In this document: piece after piece, positions 36,891 to 43,790 of the stretch
Layout of the letters: the number at the start of each line of letters is the position of its first letter
Numbering within the stretch: the stretch's first letter is position 1
Origin: a virus
Lineage: Duplodnaviria > Caudoviricetes
DNA: 58,278 bases
Virus record (IMG/VR): IMGVR_UViG_3300032069_000867
Location: 1 to 58,278 of that record
Direction: 5' to 3' (one strand)
Translations under genes and position numbers: made by a program
The notes under the pieces: model-generated
Database searches by the model: none
Told to the model about the DNA's origin: nothing
Seen by the model: only the letters and a program-made list of their open reading frames with translations

Positions 36891-36918
36891 TTGACACCTG
36901 GCCCGGGTGCGATAGAAT
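36891..36918 (+). promoter_or_regulatory. Sigma70 promoter for scaffold/capsid/tail operon
   Basis: TTGACA-16-TAGAAT. Confidence 0.8.
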
Positions 36919-36924
36919 AGGGTG

Positions 36925-37027
36925 AACTGAATAGCATACCGCCGACTCGATAACGAGAGGCGGGCTTTCTGAGAGCTGTGCCTGGTAGCCCCAGGCGGCT
37001 CAGAGAAAGCCCGCCTCTTTGCTTTTT
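36925..37027 (+). ncRNA. Leader attenuator RNA, copy 3 (before head genes)
   Basis: GAATAG-N9-GA-CTCG-ATAA-CGAG-AGGCG; perfect 15-bp stem 36956-70/37004-18 followed by TTGCTTTTT. Confidence 0.78.
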
Positions 37028-37042
37028 CAGGAGATGCTGGAG

Positions 37043-37396
37043 ATGGCGATCCGGATTGACAACTCGACGGTTTCGGACAAGGCGTGGGGCGACGTGGACA
37101 AGGCCGCCCTGGCGCGGCGGCTTGCTGAGAACGGCGACGCCGCCGTGATACGGGAAGCCTTTGCCTACGTGCCTGACCTGGAGAACCGCAGCGAGTGGGG
37201 CGGGCCGCACCACGAACTCCAGGGAGACACCCTGGTCGTGAACCGCAACGGCGTGCATGCGTTGGCCGCTGCCCTGTCCGGCGCGCGCGGCGGAGTGAAG
37301 TGGCCTCCTTCGGCGCGGGTGGCCGCGCTGGCCCACGTGCGCAAGCACTACGGCGCAATGGATGAGGAGCCGCCGGAGGGCATGAGTGCCGAGTAA
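37043..37396 (+). CDS. Head-module hypothetical protein
   Basis: PHH...GVHALAAALSGARGG...AHVRKHY; GGAG RBS; first gene of the head operon. Confidence 0.75.
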   Translation: MAIRIDNSTVSDKAWGDVDKAALARRLAENGDAAVIREAFAYVPDLENRSEWGGPHHELQGDTLVVNRNGVHALAAALSGARGGVKWPPSARVAALAHVRKHYGAMDEEPPEGMSAE

Positions 37397-37397
37397 C

Positions 37398-37487
37398 GGC
37401 TTCCCGCCATAGGCGGGAAAGCCTCTGAGATAACCGCCCGCCGGAGCGATATCCGGCGCACCCGCCGCGGGGCGTTAAACCGGAGGG
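37398..37487 (+). promoter_or_regulatory. Structured leader of the scaffold gene
   Basis: TTCCCGCC-ata-GGCGGGAA hairpin; CGCCGGA/TCCGGCG stem; CGCC-GCGG-GGCG-TTAAA-CCG pseudoknot-like unit abutting the RBS. Confidence 0.5.
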
Positions 37488-37492
37488 AGACC

Positions 37493-38356
37493 ATGAGCGA
37501 AGGAACCGAGAATCAGCAGGGACAGCAAGGAACTGGCAGCCAGGGTCAGGCCGACGCCCAGTCGGTCGGCTCAGAGCAGGCCGTCCAGGGCGCTAACGCC
37601 GCTCAGTCGGCAAGCGCCGGGCAGGCGGGCCAGCCCGCCGCGCAGACAGGCCAGTCCAGCACAGGCGGACAGCAACCTGCCCAGGGACAGCAAGCCGAGG
37701 GTGCCCAGACCCGCCAGACTGAGGGCGGGCAAGCTCAATCGCAAACGCCGGCGACACAGGCGAAGGGCATTCAGGTGAAGCTGAGCCAGGAGCAGATCGA
37801 CCGCCTGGTCAAGGACGGCACCCTGGAGTTGAGCGACGACACGTTCACCGGCGCGGTGCGGGATCGCATTGCGCAGTTGACTGCCCGCGCGAAGGGCGCC
37901 GAGCGGCGGCTGGCCGAGATCGCCGCCGCCCAGGAAGAGGCCGAACGCAAGGCCCTCGTGGAGCAGGAGCGGTTCAAGGAGCTCTACGAGAAGGAGCGCC
38001 AGGCGCGGGAGAAAGAGGCATCGGGCCGCAAGGACGACGCCATCCGCGCTCGCTTCCTGCTCGCCGCCCAGTCCAAGGGCGTCGTCGATCCCGATGTCGC
38101 CTTCATCATCGCTAGGTCGCTGCCCCCCTTCGGCGCGGTGCAGGTGGATGATGAGGGCAAGGTGACCGGCATCGACGAGGTCGTCGAGACGCTGGTCAAG
38201 GAGAAGCCCTACCTGGTCTCCCAGCCACAACAGCAACCGAAACCGCAAAGCGTGGGGGCGGCAAGCAACCCGGCTGAACAGAGCCCGCCGCCTCCCAAGA
38301 ATCTCGCCGAGGCTGGAGATCGCCTGGAGCAAGCACTGCGCACCGGCGTGACCTGA
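37493..38356 (+). CDS. Capsid scaffolding protein
   Basis: Low-complexity Q/G/A N-terminus, coiled coil, LVKEKPYL; precedes capsid gene. Confidence 0.85.
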   Translation: MSEGTENQQGQQGTGSQGQADAQSVGSEQAVQGANAAQSASAGQAGQPAAQTGQSSTGGQQPAQGQQAEGAQTRQTEGGQAQSQTPATQAKGIQVKLSQEQIDRLVKDGTLELSDDTFTGAVRDRIAQLTARAKGAERRLAEIAAAQEEAERKALVEQERFKELYEKERQAREKEASGRKDDAIRARFLLAAQSKGVVDPDVAFIIARSLPPFGAVQVDDEGKVTGIDEVVETLVKEKPYLVSQPQQQPKPQSVGAASNPAEQSPPPPKNLAEAGDRLEQALRTGVT

Positions 38357-38365
38357 CCCGGCACA

Positions 38366-38392
38366 CCCGCCGTCGCCAAGGCTATGGCGGGC
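38366..38392 (+). repeat. REP-like hairpin (intergenic)
   Basis: CCCGCCGTCGCCAAGGCTATGGCGGGC. Confidence 0.8.
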
Positions 38393-38409
38393 TAAAGAAG
38401 GAGTGAGAA

Positions 38410-39321
38410 ATGGCTGCGACCACAACCACGCTGGCCGAACTGATCGTCCAGCTATACAAGGGGCCGTGGGTGGAGGCCCTGTTCACCAACACTTTCCTGC
38501 TCACCCGCATCCAGCAGAAGCAGGGCGCGGGCGAGGGAGTCCGCTGGCCGGTGCGCTATGGCGGGAACACCTCCGCCGGCTCCTACGCGGAGACTGACAC
38601 CGGCGCGGGGGCAGGAAACCAGGGCTTCAAGAAAGCCTTCCTCGGCTGGAAGCTCAACAAGGTCGAGGTGGAGGTCTCCGGCCTGGCGCAGGCAGTCGGT
38701 GATGCGGGCGGGATGATCGTCCCCGCGCTGCGCACCGAACTCGACCTGGGTCTGTCGGATATGCGGGGCAACATCAACACCCAGTTGATGTCAGACGGCA
38801 CCGGCAACTCCGGCAAGGACGTCACCGGGCTGTTCGCAGCGATCGCCGACACCGGCACCTACGCCGGCCTTGACCGTGGGACTTATACCTGGTGGAAGTC
38901 CTACGTCAGCGCCAACGGCGGAACCCCGCGCAACCTCACCGAGGAACTAATACGCACCGTCAAGTCCGCGGTCGAGGCGCGAGGCGGTCGGGTGACGGAG
39001 ATCTACTGTGGCTCCACTCAGTGGTATCGCTACGGCGATCTGCTGAGGGCGGAGCGGCGCCAGCAGAATCCCACCAGTCTGACTGGAGGTTACCAGGCGC
39101 TCGACTTCGAGGGTGTCCCGGTGATCAAGGTGCCCGGCTACCCGCAGACACGCATGGACTTCGTGGACAAGGAGCTCCTGGAGTACGTCGTGCTCAAGGA
39201 CTTCGAGGCCAAGCCCATGGCGAAGACCAAGGACTCCGACGTGATCTGGGTCACTCATTACAGCCAGCTGGTCTGCCGCAACCCCTACCGCATGGGGAGC
39301 CTGCAAGACCTGGCGCAGTAG
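38410..39321 (+). CDS. Major capsid protein
   Basis: 303 aa after scaffold; DGTGNSGKDVTGL, YAGLDR, LDFEGVPVI, SQLVCRNP. Confidence 0.88.
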   Translation: MAATTTTLAELIVQLYKGPWVEALFTNTFLLTRIQQKQGAGEGVRWPVRYGGNTSAGSYAETDTGAGAGNQGFKKAFLGWKLNKVEVEVSGLAQAVGDAGGMIVPALRTELDLGLSDMRGNINTQLMSDGTGNSGKDVTGLFAAIADTGTYAGLDRGTYTWWKSYVSANGGTPRNLTEELIRTVKSAVEARGGRVTEIYCGSTQWYRYGDLLRAERRQQNPTSLTGGYQALDFEGVPVIKVPGYPQTRMDFVDKELLEYVVLKDFEAKPMAKTKDSDVIWVTHYSQLVCRNPYRMGSLQDLAQ

Positions 39322-39331
39322 GAGGTGACCG

Positions 39332-39634
39332 ATGAGTAGCGTCGCGCGGATCATCTCTGACTGTCGGGACGGGCGCAAGATCGCCCGCGGGGTGACATCG
39401 GTCACCGGGTCGGCCACCAACATCGCCACCGGGCTTTCCCAGGTGGAGGATGTGCTGGTCTCGATCAAGCGGTCGACCGCTCCGGCCCTGGAGGTCGTAT
39501 TGGCGACTTGGGGCCTGGGTGCAGCCGCAGGTCAGATCAACCTCTACTGCTGGAAGCACACGGCGGCGAACGACTGCACGCTGATCGCCGCCACAGTTGC
39601 CGTGGACGTGGAGTGGCTGGCGATCGGTAAGTGA
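39332..39634 (+). CDS. Putative capsid decoration protein
   Basis: Small beta-rich protein ending WLAIG, right after capsid; GGAGGT RBS. Confidence 0.6.
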   Translation: MSSVARIISDCRDGRKIARGVTSVTGSATNIATGLSQVEDVLVSIKRSTAPALEVVLATWGLGAAAGQINLYCWKHTAANDCTLIAATVAVDVEWLAIGK

Positions 39635-39638
39635 ACGA

Positions 39639-39664
39639 CCGGGGCCGGCTCAGCCCGGCCCCGG
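39639..39664 (+). other. Perfect 10-bp hairpin without U-tract
   Basis: CCGGGGCCGG-ctcagc-CCGGCCCCGG just after the capsid/decoration genes. Confidence 0.6.
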
Positions 39665-39684
39665 AGTAACTGTGGGAGGTCAAG

Positions 39685-40059
39685 ATGCGAAAGGAAACGA
39701 GTGGCTTGTCGGTTGAGGGAGATGCCCCGACCGAGTCCAGCTCGCCACCAGGCGGTGGAGGGGCAGTGGATCTGGCTGATGCCGGCCTGACTGGCCCTGC
39801 GCCTGCTCCGGCATCCGCGAACCCAGGGAAGCTTACGGCGCTCCTGGCGCTGTCGGAGCCCGCGCGCACCGAGGCGCTGGAGAAGATCACGAACTCTGGC
39901 ATAACAGTGAACCTACGCAGCAAGACGGGTGAGGAGGTGCGGTGGCGCTACGGCGAGCACATCCTGGTCGTGCCGCCGACGCCCAAGCCGTTCGCCGCTC
40001 CGCACGCGATCCACCTGCTCTTCTGCGCAGCCGGCCTGGTGGAGGAAGTCGAGGAGTAG
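39685..40059 (+). CDS. Hypothetical protein
   Basis: GGAGGT RBS; fills the operon gap. Confidence 0.65.
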   Translation: MRKETSGLSVEGDAPTESSSPPGGGGAVDLADAGLTGPAPAPASANPGKLTALLALSEPARTEALEKITNSGITVNLRSKTGEEVRWRYGEHILVVPPTPKPFAAPHAIHLLFCAAGLVEEVEE

Positions 40060-40062
40060 CGG

Positions 40063-40653
40063 GTGGCCATCGAGGCGACAGTAGGAGGCGAGAACAGCAA
40101 CTCCTACGTGACTCTGACGGAAGCGAACGTCTACTTCGCCAACCGGCTGCGTGCCGAGGCATGGACGAGCGCGAGCGACGCGGACAAGGAGAAAGCCGTA
40201 CTCACGGCCTGCCGCCACATCGAGGCTTGCCGCATTCGGGTTCATCGGCGGCCCTACGGCTATCCCGGCGAGCCGCCGGACGCGATGGGCCGGCCCTATG
40301 ACCCGCTCGCTCCTTCCAACTCCGATCAGGTGCTCTCTTTCCCGCGCCAGCGGGACAAGGACACCGATGGCAACTACGCCATCCCGAAGCGCGTGAAGGA
40401 CGCTCAGTGCGAGGAGGCGCTCGCCCTGCTGGCGAGAGGCGCAGAGCAGGAGCGCCGCCGCGCTCTGCAAGCGGCGGGCGTGACCTCCTTCTCGGTGGAT
40501 GGGCTGAGTGAATCGTATGGCGCATCAACCGCGGGCCATCCGCTGGAGAGCGCTGAGGCGAGGGCGTTGCTCGCTCCCTTCATTGACAAGGGCGGAGTGC
40601 TCGCCACTTCAGATCACCCTGACGGCGAGTGGTCGCCAGGGAGCGCGACGTGA
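40063..40653 (+). CDS. Head-tail adaptor
   Basis: NSYVTLTEANVYF...QVLSFPR...IPKRVKDAQCEEAL...LSESY. Confidence 0.85.
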   Translation: MAIEATVGGENSNSYVTLTEANVYFANRLRAEAWTSASDADKEKAVLTACRHIEACRIRVHRRPYGYPGEPPDAMGRPYDPLAPSNSDQVLSFPRQRDKDTDGNYAIPKRVKDAQCEEALALLARGAEQERRRALQAAGVTSFSVDGLSESYGASTAGHPLESAEARALLAPFIDKGGVLATSDHPDGEWSPGSAT

Positions 40654-40955
40654 TCAACGACTACCTGGCCCAGGATGTATGGCGCAAGCCGAGGACTGGC
40701 GTTGACGGCTACGGACAACCGACCTTCGGAGCAGCCGCGCAGACGAAAGGCCGCTGGCTTGAGAAGCGCCGCCTGGTGCGCAATGCCGAGGGAGAGCAGG
40801 TGATCTCGGAGGTGACGGTCACACTGGGGCCGGATGAGCTATTGGCGGTGGGTGATCAACTCTCCGCCGACGGGACGACTTACCTGGATGTAATCGCCGT
40901 CTCGGTCTCCCGAGGACTGGGAGGCGAGGCGGCTCTGAAGCGGGCCTATCTCTAG
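40650..40955 (+). CDS. Head closure protein
   Basis: DGYGQPTF...RLVRNAEGEQVIS; GTGA overlap. Confidence 0.8.
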   Translation: MINDYLAQDVWRKPRTGVDGYGQPTFGAAAQTKGRWLEKRRLVRNAEGEQVISEVTVTLGPDELLAVGDQLSADGTTYLDVIAVSVSRGLGGEAALKRAYL

Positions 40956-40974
40956 GCTCATGAAGGAGGAAGAC

Positions 40975-41169
40975 GTGAACTGGAAACTGACCCTGACCAA
41001 GGGGCTTGTTGTAGGAGCGCTGGCTGCACTGGGAGTCTGGGCTGCCGATATTCAGTCGGTGTCCGCCTGGTGGGCCGGCGCGGCGGTGCTGGCTATCGAG
41101 GCCGTGCGCGATCTGGTCAAGGCGCGCTTCGGGAGTTTCCCTGGCCGGGCAGGCGTTCCGAACGGGTAA
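40975..41169 (+). CDS. Small two-TM membrane protein (holin-like)
   Basis: GTG after AGGAGGA; two hydrophobic helices. Confidence 0.6.
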   Translation: MNWKLTLTKGLVVGALAALGVWAADIQSVSAWWAGAAVLAIEAVRDLVKARFGSFPGRAGVPNG

Positions 41170-41173
41170 TCCC

Positions 41174-41677
41174 ATGCCCACCATTCGCCGCCAGACCTAC
41201 GGCAAGTTCGGAGTCGCCCTCAAGGGGCTGGAGGAACTCTCGCGCCAGATCGCCCGCGACGGCGAGGTGTGGCAGCGCGTCCAGCAGGCCGCGGTTCGCG
41301 GCATGACCGAGAACACTGAGGACCTGCTGGGCCGGGCCATGCGGGACGCTCCGGTTGATGAGGGAACGCTGCGCGCCAGCGGTTCAGCCGCGGTCTACGC
41401 GAATGGCCGGGCGGTCGCCCGGCGCGGGTTCCGCGAGGTTAGCGGACAGCCCGAGGCTCCGGAGATGGTGGAGCGCAAGGTGGTCGAGGGCGGCCTGGGC
41501 GACGCGGTGGTAGGCGAGGTGGGTTTCAGCACACCCTACGCGCTCGTCCAGCACGAGCGCCTGGACTTCAACCATCCCAAGGGCGGGAAGGCCAAGTACC
41601 TCGAGGATAACCTCAAGGAGCAGGCCGACCGCTACCAGGGCAACCTCAACGACCATCTGCGAGGGGCCCTTGCATGA
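41174..41677 (+). CDS. HK97 gp10-like neck protein
   Basis: APVDEGTLRAS...TPYALVQHE...HPKGGKAKYLE. Confidence 0.88.
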   Translation: MPTIRRQTYGKFGVALKGLEELSRQIARDGEVWQRVQQAAVRGMTENTEDLLGRAMRDAPVDEGTLRASGSAAVYANGRAVARRGFREVSGQPEAPEMVERKVVEGGLGDAVVGEVGFSTPYALVQHERLDFNHPKGGKAKYLEDNLKEQADRYQGNLNDHLRGALA

Positions 41678-42075
41678 GCCTGCTGATTGATCAACTCGCG
41701 CTCTACCTGGAGAGCCAGGGCGAGGGAACGGTGGGGACGGATCTGTTCAGGCTCCACCGGCCCTCCTCGCCGCTTGCCTGCGTCAGCCTGCATGCGACCG
41801 GGGGCTATCCGCCTGACCGATACACGGAGCGCGAGCACCCCACAGTGATGCTCTTCGCGCGGGCGGCGACTCCTGATGCAGCCCTGCGAAAGGCCTACGG
41901 TCTCTACGGCAAGCTGCACCGCAAGCAGAACCTGGACCTGGGCGGGGGCCTGTGGGCGCTCACCATCGAGGCGGTGGCCAGCCCCGCATACACAGGCACC
42001 GAGCAGGCCGCCAACCAGACTGCGCACCTTGCATCTTTCAACATCGCCCTTGACCTGCGGAGGCCGTCTTCGTAG
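41674..42075 (+). CDS. Tail terminator
   Basis: Size, position before tail tube, GTVGTDLF motif. Confidence 0.75.
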   Translation: MSLLIDQLALYLESQGEGTVGTDLFRLHRPSSPLACVSLHATGGYPPDRYTEREHPTVMLFARAATPDAALRKAYGLYGKLHRKQNLDLGGGLWALTIEAVASPAYTGTEQAANQTAHLASFNIALDLRRPSS

Positions 42076-42096
42076 GCGGGGCAGGGAGGAAACAAC

Positions 42097-42915
42097 GTGG
42101 CAACCATCACGGATGTGTATCCGAGTTACGCGAAAGCGGGAGACTCGGCAATCAAAGTCATCGGCACCGGCTTCCTGGACGCCCCGAGCGAGACCAAGGT
42201 CTACCACCGCAAACACGGTCAGACCGCCTGGGAGAATGTTGACCCGTCGCGGGTGACCTACGTCTCGGCGACCGAACTCACCGTCGCCATCGACGCGGCC
42301 AACCTTGATGGCTGGGACAGCGGGCTGAACGACGTGGGCGTTTCTGATTCCGGAGAGAGCACGCCGGACGGTTCCGTCGCCCAGGCGCTGTTCTTCTTCA
42401 CGGCGGGGTCGTTCTCGCCAGACGATGTCATCAAAGGCGCGGTGGAGGAACTCTACATCGAGGGGCTGTTCATGGGGCACACCCACGGCTCCCTCGATGT
42501 GGAGCATGGCGTCGAGACCTCGGACATCGAGGTCGATCAGTCACTGCTCCCGGTGCGCACCATCAAGGCCGGCGAGACCTTCTCGCTCGCGGTGCCGCTG
42601 GCGGAAGTGACGCTCGAGCACATCAAGGAGGTGTGGGGTATCTCGGCCTCCATTGAGGACCTGGGCACCGGACGCCGGCGTTTGACCTTCGGCGGCGACA
42701 CCGCGATCACCGAGAAGTCGGTGATGCTGGTGCTGCCGGCCGGTTCGGGCAAGAAGTTCGCCCTCACCTTCTACCGCTGCGCGGTGCTGGCCTCGGGCAC
42801 GCTCTCCTGGAGCAAGGAGGAGCAGGTTGACCTGCCCATCCAGCTCACCGTGCTGGCCGATACCAGCCGGCCCGCGGGCGACCAGGTTGGACGGTGGGAG
42901 GAGTACACGGCGTAG
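42097..42915 (+). CDS. Major tail (tube) protein with N-terminal IPT/TIG-like domain
   Basis: TITDVYPS...IKVIGTGF...VSATELTV; then MGHTHGSL...VDQ...LAEVTLE tube core. Confidence 0.82.
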   Translation: MATITDVYPSYAKAGDSAIKVIGTGFLDAPSETKVYHRKHGQTAWENVDPSRVTYVSATELTVAIDAANLDGWDSGLNDVGVSDSGESTPDGSVAQALFFFTAGSFSPDDVIKGAVEELYIEGLFMGHTHGSLDVEHGVETSDIEVDQSLLPVRTIKAGETFSLAVPLAEVTLEHIKEVWGISASIEDLGTGRRRLTFGGDTAITEKSVMLVLPAGSGKKFALTFYRCAVLASGTLSWSKEEQVDLPIQLTVLADTSRPAGDQVGRWEEYTA

Positions 42916-42956
42916 CGTGAACGCATGACCAGATGAGCCGAGAGCAGCCGGGCTTC

Positions 42957-42984
42957 GCACTCCGTCGCCAAGGCTATGGAGTGT
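42957..42984 (+). repeat. REP-like hairpin variant
   Basis: GCACTCCGTCGCCAAGGCTATGGAGTGT; same core, compensated outer stem. Confidence 0.75.
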
Positions 42985-43053
42985 CTACGACAGGCGGCTC
43001 GCAGCAACGCCTGGCTGTCCCCCGGCCAGAGACCTGTGGAGGCAGCAGAACAC

Positions 43054-43467
43054 ATGACAGACACAGACATCAAGGCACCGACTCCAGACGAAGTCGTGAT
43101 GCCCCAGGAGCGCCGCTTTCAGGTTGGCGAGCGTGAGATCGTAGTGCGGCCCCTGGTGATCGGGGATTACAAGCGCATCGCCGCCGATCTGGGCGCGATA
43201 GCGCAGCGAGTGGCACGGGAGCATCCAGAGATTGATCTCGCCAAACCGGACGAGCACCTGGAGGCGATCTTCCCGATCCTGGGCGAGGCCGTCGGGCGGC
43301 TGTTCCAGCGTCTCTTCGGGGTCGAGGAATCCTACCTGGACGAGCACCTGACCCTGGCGCAGGCGGCGCAGATCATCGCCGCCGCGCTGGAGGTCAACCA
43401 GCTCCCGGACATCCGAAAAAACGTGGGGCGCGCCCTCCAGCTCGCGAAGACGACGGCGATTCCGTAA
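43054..43467 (+). CDS. Tail assembly chaperone (gpG-like)
   Basis: Between tube and tape measure; slippery A AAA AAC at 43416-43422. Confidence 0.85.
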   Translation: MTDTDIKAPTPDEVVMPQERRFQVGEREIVVRPLVIGDYKRIAADLGAIAQRVAREHPEIDLAKPDEHLEAIFPILGEAVGRLFQRLFGVEESYLDEHLTLAQAAQIIAAALEVNQLPDIRKNVGRALQLAKTTAIP

Positions 43468-43790
43468 GTCTGGGCTGGGCGGGCGCGTTCGACTTATTGC
43501 AGAGCGAGTACGGGTGGACGCACAAGTACATCCTCTGGCACGTGACCCCGGCGCAGGCGCTGGTGTGGGCGGAATGCATCCGCAGAAGGCGTGCGCTTCG
43601 ACTGGCCGAGGAGGCGGAACTGGCCTACATCGCAGCCGCGGCGGCACAGGGAGGCAAGAAGGCTTACCAGGCGCTGCGCTCTGCAGTGCGCAGACTGCGC
43701 AGGGAGGCGGGCGTGGATAGGCGAGCGGAACCGGAGGAACTGGCGCGATCAATGGGGCTGACTGATCGGAGACGCGAGAAGCACGAATGA
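43416..43790 (+). CDS. Tail chaperone -1 frameshift extension (gpGT-like)
   Basis: The -1 frame is open from the slippery site to TGA 43790, which overlaps the tape-measure ATG. Confidence 0.8.
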   Translation, partial: KKRGARPPAREDDGDSVSLGWAGAFDLLQSEYGWTHKYILWHVTPAQALVWAECIRRRRALRLAEEAELAYIAAAAAQGGKKAYQALRSAVRRLRREAGVDRRAEPEELARSMGLTDRRREKHE

